Below, piece by piece: positions 11,031 to 20,833 of a DNA stretch of 64,000 nucleotides. This DNA is from a virus: the IMG/VR virus record IMGVR_UViG_3300034418_008897, positions 1 through 64,000 of that record, one strand, 5' to 3'. The position numbers and the translations under genes were made by a program. Position 1 is the stretch's first letter. Each line of letters begins with the position of its first letter. Under the pieces are notes generated by a model. It worked only from the letters and a program-made list of their open reading frames with translations, did no database searches and was not told the origin of the DNA.

Positions 11031-11252
11031 TTATTTATTTTTATTTATATTATTAGTTTTTTGAGCGTGGAATAAAGCTTGACCGCTAAAAGCAACTGAT
11101 GTAATAACACAAGCTATTTCTAATTTAGGGTAATCTTCTAAATAATCACCTAACAATAATGCTGAACAAACAGCAGCCAATGTAGTAGCTAATCTACCTA
11201 ATATTTTATGTATTTTTGGGGTAGGGGCTTTTATTTTTTCTATTAGTTTCAT
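11031..11252 (-). CDS. Small two-TM membrane protein, holin-like
   Basis: Basic N-terminus (KIKAPTPK), hydrophobic segments LATTLAAVCSALLLG and IACVITSVAFSG, basic tail. Confidence 0.55.
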   Translation of the reverse strand: MKLIEKIKAPTPKIHKILGRLATTLAAVCSALLLGDYLEDYPKLEIACVITSVAFSGQALFHAQKTNNINKNK

Positions 11253-11263
11253 TTTAATTTCTT

Positions 11264-11569
11264 TTATTTCTTTTGAAGCTCTTCTAATATTTTAACAAAT
11301 GTTTCGGCTTGATTTGCTATAGTTTTTTCAGTATGCTGCACAGCTCTTCTTAACTCCGTATAGTGAAGATCCATAATTGTCTTTAAATTATTAATCTCTT
11401 GGGGTATACGATCTGTAATAGTTTCTATTTTTTCTTCGTGTTTTGTTTGTATCTTTTCTAAGCTATTATTTTTTTCCTCTAACTTAGAGAATCTATCATA
11501 TAATTTACCTAAGAAAAAAGAAACAATTAAAACCAGACCTGTAATTGTGTGTTGATAAATGTTTTCCAT
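11264..11569 (-). CDS. Single-TM coiled-coil membrane protein
   Basis: N-terminal TM (ITGLVLIVSFFLG) followed by heptad-like coiled coil. Confidence 0.55.
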   Translation of the reverse strand: MENIYQHTITGLVLIVSFFLGKLYDRFSKLEEKNNSLEKIQTKHEEKIETITDRIPQEINNLKTIMDLHYTELRRAVQHTEKTIANQAETFVKILEELQKK

Positions 11570-11612
11570 TTTTGTTAAAATAAGTTTCTAATTTTATTTT
11601 CTTATTTTCTTA

Positions 11613-12272
11613 TTAATTAGTTACGTAATCTTGTTCTTGATTATCGTGTATATCTAGTATTTTTAAAATAGATTCAGCTAATCCATTAGTGTCCCCCTTT
11701 TTAAATTTATCTATAAGTTCTTTAGTATGTTCTCTACTGAAAATAGTAACGCCAGAATCTATATTAGCAACTACATAACCATTTTCATCTAGAACCTGTA
11801 GTCTATCTTCTTCAGGTTTTACATCATCTATTTTTACTTTGTAGATTTTTTCTCCGACTAATTCAAAAGAACCACCTTCTTTAAATTTTCTTACACCTTT
11901 AGCTTGCACATCTAAATGCTCAAATGGTTCTATTTTTTGCCCTACTCTAAGATTTAACTCCTCTACAACTCCTTGATTTAATTCTAAAACCATTGCGCTA
12001 TTGTACATAGCAGGAACACCGGTTTTATCATTTTTATTTAAAGAAGCTGTTTGTAATATTGTCCAATTTTCATCTAAAAATAAAAAATCTAAACCAAAAT
12101 TCATATCTTTCATTACCATATGAACTCTCATAGGTTGAGGGAAAATAAATAACATACCCTTACGTTCCCCTAAATAATCTAAACCAGATAAACCTTTAGC
12201 CTGAGCCTCTGGAGTATCTGCAATAGCTACATCAAAACGAATGTTTTTTATTTTTAAAGGGTATAATGTCAT
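11613..12272 (-). CDS. DUF192-family domain fused through the tag (RKFKEGG) to a C-terminal domain
   Basis: VAIADTPEAQAKGLSG...GMLFIF...MKDMNFGLDFLFLDE...VLELNQG matches DUF192. Confidence 0.75.
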   Translation of the reverse strand: MTLYPLKIKNIRFDVAIADTPEAQAKGLSGLDYLGERKGMLFIFPQPMRVHMVMKDMNFGLDFLFLDENWTILQTASLNKNDKTGVPAMYNSAMVLELNQGVVEELNLRVGQKIEPFEHLDVQAKGVRKFKEGGSFELVGEKIYKVKIDDVKPEEDRLQVLDENGYVVANIDSGVTIFSREHTKELIDKFKKGDTNGLAESILKILDIHDNQEQDYVTN

Positions 12273-13831
12273 TATAATAAAGATTTAGAATAATCGTATG
12301 TATTTTTTTCCAATTCTTCATGTAAAAACTTACCCAGCTCTTCTATGGCTTTTTTATCCCCAGCTTTAGCTTTTTTTCTAAGCTCTTGTATTACTTGGCT
12401 GGAAGCAGCGTTTACCATAAGCTCTAGGCTTTCAACTTCAGCTAATTTTTCAGCCCCGCCTTTTTTCATTTTTACAACTGGTAGTCCTTTATCTCCTTTT
12501 ACACCTGTATTATTTTCTTCTTCGTGGGAAGGACCTGCTAAAATTACATTTTCTTTTTTTAAATCCAGTTCCCCACCTCTTTTAAATATAGGTTTGCAAC
12601 CACAAGATGATTTAACAGCTTTACCGCCTTTTTTAAATTTTATTTTACCACCGCAAGAGCAATTAGGTTTTGCTTCTATTTTACCACCTTTTTTATAACT
12701 GGTAGGCATTATATTTCTTTTTTGCTCTTTTTGAGAAGCTATTTGTAAAATGTTAATAACTATTTTTGGGTCTATATTTAATTTAGCAGAGATTTTTTCT
12801 GGTTCATTACCATCTTTATATAAACTAACAACAGTACTAATAGCTTGTTTTTGTTGGTCTTCAGTTAAAGAAGATAAATCCAAATATTCTTTTTTAGGAA
12901 CATTTTCCCCTGTTACATTATTTACAAGCAAAGAGCTCTGCATTTTTTGGTAAGGGTTTTTAAATGTAGGTATTTTAGGTAAAGTTGGCATTGCTAATTT
13001 ACCACCTTTTTTAAACATAGGTTGTTGTTCTAACCCTTGTATTTGTTGCATTTTATATCTATCCCTTGCTTGAATACCATATTTAGTGTTTTGTTTCTTT
13101 ATAAGCTCATTGGCTCTATTTATAGCATCTTTCTGCTGGTTTCTTTCTTCTAACACTTTTTTCTTTTTAATAGATCCACCAATAACACCGCCTATAGCAC
13201 CACCAACAGCTCCTATAGCACCACCAACAAGACTACCTACACCAGGTAGTATCATACCACCAATAGTAGAACCCGCAGACATTCCTTTACCAGCCCATTC
13301 CAAAGCTTGAGAACCTACATAACCTTTTAAATTATCTCTTTCTAAAGCTTTATCTTCTAATTTTTGACCAGCAAATCCCATACCAGCCCCAGCCAATCCT
13401 ATACCTAAGCTTGCAGCGGCAGTACCCACAGTACCAACTTTACCAATACCAGTAGCAGCTTTTACAGCTCCGTCTTTACCTATTTTTAAACCAGTAGCTA
13501 TTTTAGTACCAGCTTTTGCAGTTTCTCTGGCTGCGGCTAAAGCTTTTGCTCCAGCTATTGCAGTAGTAGTTGCTTGGCTTATAGCTTGTTGTTTATCTCT
13601 CTGTACTTTATAAGGATCTACTTTATATTCAGGTTTAGCAATTTGTGCTTGTTCTACAAATCCTGATGGATCATTAGTGATTGGCGTTGTGCTAGGTATA
13701 CTACTAGAATAAGAAAAATTATTATTCTTTTTCTTTTCACTCGGCTTATATAAAAGCGGAGATGACCCCGAACCGCCATAAGGGCTGATTGTAGGGTACA
13801 TTGATCCAGCGTTAAATCTGTTGTTATTCAT
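12272..13831 (-). CDS. Cargo protein with glycine-zipper TM segments (putative ejection-channel protein) and four tag copies
   Basis: GSLVGGAIGAVGGAIGGVIGG zipper; MFKKGG, YKKGG, KFKKGG, IFKRGG; GPSHE and AEVE motifs near the C-terminus. Confidence 0.65.
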   Translation of the reverse strand: MNNNRFNAGSMYPTISPYGGSGSSPLLYKPSEKKKNNNFSYSSSIPSTTPITNDPSGFVEQAQIAKPEYKVDPYKVQRDKQQAISQATTTAIAGAKALAAARETAKAGTKIATGLKIGKDGAVKAATGIGKVGTVGTAAASLGIGLAGAGMGFAGQKLEDKALERDNLKGYVGSQALEWAGKGMSAGSTIGGMILPGVGSLVGGAIGAVGGAIGGVIGGSIKKKKVLEERNQQKDAINRANELIKKQNTKYGIQARDRYKMQQIQGLEQQPMFKKGGKLAMPTLPKIPTFKNPYQKMQSSLLVNNVTGENVPKKEYLDLSSLTEDQQKQAISTVVSLYKDGNEPEKISAKLNIDPKIVINILQIASQKEQKRNIMPTSYKKGGKIEAKPNCSCGGKIKFKKGGKAVKSSCGCKPIFKRGGELDLKKENVILAGPSHEEENNTGVKGDKGLPVVKMKKGGAEKLAEVESLELMVNAASSQVIQELRKKAKAGDKKAIEELGKFLHEELEKNTYDYSKSLL

Positions 13832-13871
13832 AACAGTTATATTCTATAGTATATATATAGTATTTTTATTT

Positions 13872-14387
13872 CTAAAGTACAGGGTATTTAATCCCTTCGT
13901 TTATAATAAAATTTTTATTATCTAATTTAGATTTTAATTCCCGCCAATTGTAGCTAGAACCATCTTCTTTTTTTAATTGAAAATGCGGATAATCTTTAAA
14001 TGATTTCCAATCTCCGCCCCATTCCCAGCCTTTCGACTTGAAATAATCAACTACTTCCATCCAATCAGCTTTGCCATCTTTATCACCGTCTTTTCTAAGA
14101 GACCAAGATGCCTCTTCAAAAGTCCCATTGCCATCATTATCATACAACAACACAATATCAAAAGCTAAGCCATAGTTGTGAATTGACTGACCACCTTTAG
14201 CATTAGTCACTTTAGGTCTTTTAGCATAAAGCTTATCCTGTTCTTCAATAGAACGATATACATAAGCAAACCTTAATCTAACACCCTTACCTAATAACTT
14301 GTTATTACACTCTGTGTACTCTGCTAATAATTTTTCTCTAAAATCTGGGTGAAAGGTATTTATTCTGTCTAATGTTATTTTGTCCAT
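13872..14387 (-). CDS. Endolysin, peptidase M15 family (L-Ala-D-Glu peptidase type)
   Basis: YRSIEEQDKLY...VTNAKGGQSIHNYGLAFD...WGGDWKSFKDYPHFQ with Zn ligands H, D, H. Confidence 0.92.
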   Translation of the reverse strand: MDKITLDRINTFHPDFREKLLAEYTECNNKLLGKGVRLRFAYVYRSIEEQDKLYAKRPKVTNAKGGQSIHNYGLAFDIVLLYDNDGNGTFEEASWSLRKDGDKDGKADWMEVVDYFKSKGWEWGGDWKSFKDYPHFQLKKEDGSSYNWRELKSKLDNKNFIINEGIKYPVL

Positions 14388-14388
14388 A

Positions 14389-14940
14389 TTATTTTATAAT
14401 TAGTGCCCCTGTTAATATTAATACTATAACCGATAAAGTCTTTTTAATTTTTTTATCTTTCTTGTTAGAGTTAACTAATTCTTTATTTTCTTGTTTTTGT
14501 AAATCTATTATTTCCCTTTGATCTACAATAATAGTGTCTAGTTTATTAACTAAATCCTCATAGTACACTATAGTAGTGTTTTGATCTTTTATTATACTGT
14601 CTTGGTTATTTATTATAAGTGTTTGTTCATTAATAACTTCTTCTTGTTTGTTTACCAATAAAGTAGTATCATTATTAACTTTTATAACTTCTAATTCTTT
14701 TTGTAAAGAATCTAATTTACTTTTGTAATGATCAGTTTCTTTTTTAGAGGATTTTATATTATTCTTTAAATCTTCAATCTTTGATTTTAATTTTTTACTT
14801 TCTTCAGTATTAAAATTTATTTTTTGCTCTTTTTCTATAATTTTTTCTTCTACTTTTACAACTACTTTTTCTTTTTTACAGCACAGCAAAAATAATAAAA
14901 TTAAACCTAATAAAATTATAATTATATCTTTTATTTTCAT
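14389..14940 (-). CDS. Spanin-like protein with N-terminal signal/TM + Cys, long coiled coil and C-terminal TM
   Basis: MKIKDIIIILLGLILLFLLCCKK...coiled coil...TLSVIVLILTGALIIK; adjacent to the endolysin. Confidence 0.55.
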   Translation of the reverse strand: MKIKDIIIILLGLILLFLLCCKKEKVVVKVEEKIIEKEQKINFNTEESKKLKSKIEDLKNNIKSSKKETDHYKSKLDSLQKELEVIKVNNDTTLLVNKQEEVINEQTLIINNQDSIIKDQNTTIVYYEDLVNKLDTIIVDQREIIDLQKQENKELVNSNKKDKKIKKTLSVIVLILTGALIIK

Positions 14941-14975
14941 ATTATTAAATACTAAACCTAATTAATTTAGGAGAT

Positions 14976-15302
14976 TTATTTTGTTTTTAATTCATGGATA
15001 GCTTGAATGATTCTAAGTTCCATCTGAGACATTTCTTGTTTTAATTCAACAATAGAAGCGTCATGTTTGCTGCGGTTATGTTCTACCTGTTGTTTTAAAT
15101 TTTCAATTCTAGTATGAATTATATCATTAGATTTCTGCTCACTTTGTTTAAGGTCACCATGTTCTTTGTTAATAGCTTCTTGTTTAACTTCAAGAATATC
15201 AACTTTATTTTTAACTTTAAACCAGAAGCCAGCAGCACCAATAACACCTGATATAAGTGATATTAAAGCTCCTAACCCTATTGTAATTGAATTTATTTCC
15301 AT
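14976..15302 (-). CDS. Single-TM coiled-coil membrane protein in the lysis cluster
   Basis: ATG at 15302 (MEINS) preferred over the track start at 15323; TM ITIGLGALISLISGVIGAAGFWF followed by coiled coil. Confidence 0.6.
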   Translation of the reverse strand: MEINSITIGLGALISLISGVIGAAGFWFKVKNKVDILEVKQEAINKEHGDLKQSEQKSNDIIHTRIENLKQQVEHNRSKHDASIVELKQEMSQMELRIIQAIHELKTK

Positions 15303-15381
15303 ATCTAAAATTTTAAAAAACAAATATACTATAATATAAAAATTTTATTGGGCTTTTTAACTTAATAATTTCGTGTCGTAG

Positions 15382-15768
15382 TTATTCTTCAATTAAGCAA
15401 ACATCTAATAAAGGTTCAATTACTACAGCTTCTAATTTTAAATCATTAAGCTTATCAATACCAAACTTATAGAAGTCAATACTAACTTCTTCGTTTAAAA
15501 TATCATCCCATAAAGTAGTAGCTTCTTTCTCGTCTTTCCAATCAATTACTGTAATACCATTTTGATTTTTTGTAGAAACTTTTCCCTCTTCATCAATTTT
15601 TGCTAAATTTTTAATTAGTTCTTCTTTTGTTTCATTAATATCCAAAATAAAAGGTTTAACTAATTTTAAGTTTTTAGAGATTGGATACCAAGCAGAAGTC
15701 TTTTGTTGACTTAAATAAGTAAGTGATTCATTAATAGTTAACACTTCTTTTTTCTTTAACTTAATCAT
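15382..15768 (-). CDS. Hypothetical protein (128 aa)
   Basis: Clean ORF with its own AT-rich upstream region. Confidence 0.6.
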   Translation of the reverse strand: MIKLKKKEVLTINESLTYLSQQKTSAWYPISKNLKLVKPFILDINETKEELIKNLAKIDEEGKVSTKNQNGITVIDWKDEKEATTLWDDILNEEVSIDFYKFGIDKLNDLKLEAVVIEPLLDVCLIEE

Positions 15769-15862
15769 ATTATATAATTTAAATTATTTACTTTCTTTTT
15801 ATTTTTTTTTAACATCTTGTCATTTAATATATAATAAAAAACTATTTTGTTATATAGGTAAT

Positions 15863-16156
15863 TTACTTATTATTTTTCTTTTTTACAAAATAAGTATAAT
15901 GAAATACAGCTGCCCATAAAAACAAAATAGCCAACCCAATATTCATTAATATTTCAGTAAATGGTGGCCTACTTAAAGTAATAAAGTTAAATAAAGCACC
16001 TGCTGATACTAAAGCAAGACCTGATTTAACAATCCATTTTTGTACTATACCAAACTTAGCAGTTACATCTAATCTACCAAATACAAATACCATAAAGGCA
16101 CTCACGCTTAAACAAATAACAACATTGCAAAAAGCATTAATTAACGTTAGTGTCAT
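15863..16156 (-). CDS. Three-TM membrane protein, holin-like
   Basis: Three hydrophobic segments and a basic C-terminus (KKKNNK). Confidence 0.6.
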   Translation of the reverse strand: MTLTLINAFCNVVICLSVSAFMVFVFGRLDVTAKFGIVQKWIVKSGLALVSAGALFNFITLSRPPFTEILMNIGLAILFLWAAVFHYTYFVKKKNNK

Positions 16157-16436
16157 CTTTCTTTTTATTTAAAAATTTATTACTAAAAAATTCTACTCCT
16201 TTCAATCCTAAAAAGCCTAATATAAAAGCAACAGACATCTGATACTTTACATCTACACGAGATAAATCCATTACTAATGGAGTAATGTAATTAGCAGATG
16301 CGACTCCTGAAACTATAGAAAAGAAAGTAGTCTTTAAATTAATAGTAGCTGTCTTACCTATAAGAAGTAAAGAACCAAATAAACCTGCAACAGATATACC
16401 TATGTTTATACCTATATTTTCTAAAATTTCTTTCAT
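16137..16436 (-). CDS. Holin-like three-TM protein
   Basis: ISVAGLFGSLLLI / SIVSGVASANYITPLV / VAFILGFLGLKG; charged C-terminus. Confidence 0.65.
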   Translation of the reverse strand: MKEILENIGINIGISVAGLFGSLLLIGKTATINLKTTFFSIVSGVASANYITPLVMDLSRVDVKYQMSVAFILGFLGLKGVEFFSNKFLNKKKDDTNVN

Positions 16437-16440
16437 TATA

Positions 16441-16671
16441 TTAAATTATTGCGTTTTCAATAATTGCATCTCCCTTATATATCGAACCCTCTAGGGTAGA
16501 TATTATTGTAAAGTTAGTTAAATAAGATTGAATTAAATTATCCATAGCCTGTTTTGTTTCTAAAACATTATCATAAACAAAACTTAAAACTTGATCATTA
16601 TGTTTTACTTCATAAACAACCTTTGTGCCTTTTGTATTTAATTCATTTTCTAATGCTATAAAATCTGCCAT
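16441..16671 (-). CDS. Small protein ending the fibre array (possible assembly chaperone)
   Basis: 76 aa acidic ORF, coupled to the upstream fibre genes. Confidence 0.45.
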   Translation of the reverse strand: MADFIALENELNTKGTKVVYEVKHNDQVLSFVYDNVLETKQAMDNLIQSYLTNFTIISTLEGSIYKGDAIIENAII

Positions 16672-16674
16672 ATC

Positions 16675-17322
16675 TTAATATTTTAATTGTAAATGAGGTC
16701 TTACACTACTTCTATTTACACTTGTTGGTTTAACTGTATCTGAATATTGATACGCACCTTTGTTCGTACTTGCACTTGTGCTGTCCGTATCCCAAAACGG
16801 ATAATTTGTTGAATCATAAGCACCGTCATTATTAATCCACATAAATACTACGTTGTCTGTACCATTATAACAAAAGTTAGTAGAAAAAGTTAAGTCTTTC
16901 CAACCTGCTGCCGATGTCTGAAACCAACTTGAATCAAATACAGTCGTTTCATCTGAAACTGGTAAAAAAGCATTTACACCATTAAGAGTTAAACCACTTC
17001 CAAATGTACCACTTGTGTTAATAGTTGAAGCTGGTAACTCTGTAGCAGTAGTATGATACATCTTAATAGTCTGATTTAATTGTGTTATACCTGAAGGTTC
17101 TGTATAAGCTTTTTCAAGTAACAATCCTGTAAACTGTTTAGCTGCACCTAATTCAGCAGCTGTCATTAACCAAATTCCTAATGAGTAATTGTAATATCCT
17201 GAGTATGGAACATAATGTAATACAGTTCCTGCACCATTAATATATGTAGTGGTTGTACCTGTAACAGGAGCACAACGAGGTGATCTTGAACCCTGATTAA
17301 AAAATTGTCCTAAGTGTATCAT
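16675..17322 (-). CDS. Fibre-tip/adhesin-like protein (215 aa)
   Basis: Thr/Ser/Tyr-rich beta protein directly after the 1052 aa fibre; PYSGYYNYS...AAELG...WKDLTFSTNFCYNGTDNV. Confidence 0.55.
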   Translation of the reverse strand: MIHLGQFFNQGSRSPRCAPVTGTTTTYINGAGTVLHYVPYSGYYNYSLGIWLMTAAELGAAKQFTGLLLEKAYTEPSGITQLNQTIKMYHTTATELPASTINTSGTFGSGLTLNGVNAFLPVSDETTVFDSSWFQTSAAGWKDLTFSTNFCYNGTDNVVFMWINNDGAYDSTNYPFWDTDSTSASTNKGAYQYSDTVKPTSVNRSSVRPHLQLKY

Positions 17323-17325
17323 ATT

Positions 17326-20300
17326 TTATTGATAATCTTGTGCGTAATTTCCAAATAAATTAATACCATCATAATAAAATACAATAGTATCAATAGCAAA
17401 TGGACTTGTAGTAATAGTAGGTGCTGTACCTCCTGGCCATTTAACAGAACCTCCTGATACTATATAAGTTCCAATATCTACAAAGTTTGCTGATTTTTGA
17501 ATAACCTTTAAGAAGTAAGTTCCACCTGATTGCATATTAGTGAATGTTAAAATTATATTTGCTGTAGCATTAGTCAAATCTAACACCATACTGTTACCGT
17601 TATCACAATTAAAAGTAGCAAGGTTAGTTGTTACTCCTGTAGAGTGTTGAGGAGAATAGAATTGACCATCACTTCTAACATTACCACCAAACCTATTAAG
17701 CTCAGAACCTACTTGGTATACACCATAAACATTAGTTGCTGTACCTTGAATACTAAAAGGCTCTATTCTAATACCTGAAACTGTACCTACAGTATCTCCT
17801 GAAGAGACTCTTAACATTCTAATATGGAAACCATTTGCAAGACCATGATCGTATTGAGTAGCAAAGTCTAATGAATACCCATTTAATGAATCTGAAGTAA
17901 CGTTTAAAAAACTACCTGTAACAGCGTGTATTGATGAAAATGCACCTTTAACTGTAGGTTGTGCAGTTAAACTTAATTGAGACTTTATAGGTGAATATAA
18001 TCTTGTTGCCAAATCATTATCAGAAACAAAACCTGAAACTTGAAAAGTTTGTTTAGAACCACCTGTATGAACACCTATATTCTTAGATATAAGAACTCTA
18101 TCTCCATCATCCTGCATTATTCCATTTACTAAAGTATTAGTAGTTGAATCCCATTTAGGAATTACATTTGCAGTATAACTACCAACGAGTGCATAACCTG
18201 CTGTAGAGTGGTCTCCCCAACCGTATGCTATATCCCATTGACCTACTTTAGGATCTGTAATAGTATTAACACCCATGTCAATATTAAACAAGTTAGCATC
18301 TAATGTACCACCTAATTGTGGGGTTGTATCATCTATTAAGTTAGACATACCACTAACTGCAGGTGTTTGCCAAGAAGCGTTACCGTTTGAATCAGAAGTA
18401 AGGACTTTTCCTGCTGCCTGTAAACCATCAACTAATTTAAGAGAGTAAGCGTTTCCTGAACCACCGTTTGAAGCTTCAAAATATCCGCCAACATTATCAG
18501 ATGAACTATCAATAGAAACTATTGAGTAAACACCATATTGCTTATTAGTTACACCTGTAAAAGTACCTGTAAGTGAAGATAAGTATCCAATATTAGAATC
18601 AGCTACACCATAACCGTTTCCAATATTTGTAACAACACCATTAATTGTTGTTGTAGAAGCAGTTGAAAGACCATACAATTGGAAAGCAGCACCTGTTACA
18701 ATAGAAGTAGTTGAAGAACTACTTATATGTAAACCTACTTGCTTAGATGTAGAAGCAAAAAGCACCGTACCTGGCGAAGGGGCTGTTCCATCTAAACCAA
18801 TATTACCTAATCCATTATCTCTAATAGAGCCACTCTCTAAAGTATTTGTAGTACTGTTCCAACGTGGAACGCGAGTGTCTGAGTAAGTACCTACCTTAGC
18901 GTAAGTTCCTAAATCTGTAACATCAGCCTCTGTAATATCTGCCCAATTAGCTTTACCATCTGACGTAACAGATTTTAAAAACTTACCTATTCCTTGCGTA
19001 CCATCACTTAATCTAACTGAATAAGGATTAGTACCATTAGCTATAAATACACCACCAACGTTTTCAAGAGTAGACCCTGTAGCTACGGCAACTATACCGT
19101 TATTTGTACCTGAATTAATTCCTTGAGTAGATAATTGAAGAGCAGAAGCATTTGATCCCCCTGAATAAGAATTTATATTATACTGTGTGAACTGTAAAGG
19201 ACTTGATATTCTTAAAGTGTTATTTGCATCAGGACTTACATTGATACCTAATGTTGTACCATTATCTCTAATTAATGAATCACCTAATGTACTTCCATCA
19301 GGAGTCCATCTAGCGACATAATTATTAGTGCCTGAACCTTCTGTAAAAGTATTTGTTGTTAAATATGTATGTTGTGCATTTGTTAAATGAAAATATTCTC
19401 CACCAGTCCCACCTTGTATCCCTGAAAGATCATTATGAGCAGTTACATTTGTCGATTTAAATACTAAATCAAATGCAGAATCTACTGATACAGGAGAACT
19501 ATTTCCTTGTTGACAAATTACTCTACCAACAAGTATAGTATGTGATTCTACTAATTCAGGTATAGAAGGAGAAGCTTCTAATTCGGCCGCAGCTAAAGAG
19601 TTATGTTCTTGTCTACCTATAACTTCATATAAATGACTACCAGATTCTATACCTTTATAATACCAATTTGTTACATATTTACCAGAACCTAATGCAACTA
19701 GATTAGTTCCATTATCGTAATTAGTGTTATTAGCAATTCCTGATCCTGCCCCAGTTACAGTTCTATCCCATACTCCTGCTGTATGATAATTAGAAAAAAG
19801 AACATCATCCCAGCTATTAATTGCTGGTGTAATTTCTCTATTAGCGCCATTCCAAATATCTCCAGCAGCAATATTTACTTGAAGTGGGTCATTACCACCT
19901 GTAGTTATTCCTAAGCCACTAGCCCTTTCAAATTTATTAGTTTCATATATTCTATGTAATAATTTATTACTTAAACCAGAACCTTCAAATCCCCAGTCTA
20001 AAATATGTAAAAAATTACCTGCTCTATATAATGTTATATATTTTGCTCTATCTGATCTATTATAATCAGGCTCTGATGTTGTAATAACCCATTGTGGAGA
20101 CCCTAAATTATAATCTAAATATATATAATTTGTTGATTCATCAGTAAGAGCAGTTAATTCAGTGCCTGTTGTACCACCTGCAACTGTATAATTATTAGCA
20201 ACTCCTGTCCAATTTTGATCGTTATAAAGAGTAACATCTACCGTAGGTATAGTAAGAGTACCATCTAAATTATCTGTCCATGTAGAACCAGTATGCAAAA

Positions 20301-20484
20301 TACCATTCGACCCTAAACCATTAAGTTGTATTCCTAATGCTACCCAATTAGACCCATCATAATAATAATTTATACCTGTGCTGTTATCAATTGCTTGATC
20401 ACCAATTGTTGCACTATGTACAGGTACAGAATCGCACATGTAAACTGTAATTCCTTGTTCTAATTTTGAATATACTATTGCCAT
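17326..20484 (-). CDS. Long tail fibre (1052 aa) with internal repeats
   Basis: G/S/T/N-rich; AHNDLSGIQGG..GEYFHLT, DTTPQLGGTLD, GKVLTSDSNGNASW and C-terminal VKWPGGTAPTIT...DTIVFYYDG are typical fibre modules. Confidence 0.8.
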   Translation of the reverse strand: MAIVYSKLEQGITVYMCDSVPVHSATIGDQAIDNSTGINYYYDGSNWVALGIQLNGLGSNGILHTGSTWTDNLDGTLTIPTVDVTLYNDQNWTGVANNYTVAGGTTGTELTALTDESTNYIYLDYNLGSPQWVITTSEPDYNRSDRAKYITLYRAGNFLHILDWGFEGSGLSNKLLHRIYETNKFERASGLGITTGGNDPLQVNIAAGDIWNGANREITPAINSWDDVLFSNYHTAGVWDRTVTGAGSGIANNTNYDNGTNLVALGSGKYVTNWYYKGIESGSHLYEVIGRQEHNSLAAAELEASPSIPELVESHTILVGRVICQQGNSSPVSVDSAFDLVFKSTNVTAHNDLSGIQGGTGGEYFHLTNAQHTYLTTNTFTEGSGTNNYVARWTPDGSTLGDSLIRDNGTTLGINVSPDANNTLRISSPLQFTQYNINSYSGGSNASALQLSTQGINSGTNNGIVAVATGSTLENVGGVFIANGTNPYSVRLSDGTQGIGKFLKSVTSDGKANWADITEADVTDLGTYAKVGTYSDTRVPRWNSTTNTLESGSIRDNGLGNIGLDGTAPSPGTVLFASTSKQVGLHISSSSTTSIVTGAAFQLYGLSTASTTTINGVVTNIGNGYGVADSNIGYLSSLTGTFTGVTNKQYGVYSIVSIDSSSDNVGGYFEASNGGSGNAYSLKLVDGLQAAGKVLTSDSNGNASWQTPAVSGMSNLIDDTTPQLGGTLDANLFNIDMGVNTITDPKVGQWDIAYGWGDHSTAGYALVGSYTANVIPKWDSTTNTLVNGIMQDDGDRVLISKNIGVHTGGSKQTFQVSGFVSDNDLATRLYSPIKSQLSLTAQPTVKGAFSSIHAVTGSFLNVTSDSLNGYSLDFATQYDHGLANGFHIRMLRVSSGDTVGTVSGIRIEPFSIQGTATNVYGVYQVGSELNRFGGNVRSDGQFYSPQHSTGVTTNLATFNCDNGNSMVLDLTNATANIILTFTNMQSGGTYFLKVIQKSANFVDIGTYIVSGGSVKWPGGTAPTITTSPFAIDTIVFYYDGINLFGNYAQDYQ

Positions 20485-20486
20485 AA

Positions 20487-20807
20487 TTAACTATTTAATA
20501 ATTGTGTACACAATAAACTAACAGCATCTACAATTGGTTTATCATCACCTAAATCACTCACTTCTAATCTTACTACATCACCTTCATTCGGTTCTAAATC
20601 CCATGTATTACTTTCTGCTGTATGAACAATATATTTAATATCCGCAACTTTAGTTAATGCAAAAGTCTTAAGATTATCTAATACTGTTTTTTGTTCTGTT
20701 GTTAATTCAGAGTAGAATCGTGGAGTAGGGGTTAATTCTTCATTATCAGCAATAATCATTAACACTCCATCACTATCTCTATATACTATTTGTTTTACTG
20801 TTTCCAT
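20487..20807 (-). CDS. Small acidic protein (putative fibre chaperone)
   Basis: Follows the 671 aa spike; shares Y.ELT.EQKTVLDN with the 93 aa protein at 22852. Confidence 0.5.
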   Translation of the reverse strand: METVKQIVYRDSDGVLMIIADNEELTPTPRFYSELTTEQKTVLDNLKTFALTKVADIKYIVHTAESNTWDLEPNEGDVVRLEVSDLGDDKPIVDAVSLLCTQLLNS

Positions 20808-20833
20808 GTGTTAAATATATTAACTTTTATTTA

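Noticed and set aside
14180-14205. NAKGG in the endolysin as a tag copy
   Set aside because: It is part of the conserved M15 motif VTNAKGGQSxH, not a terminal or linker tag.
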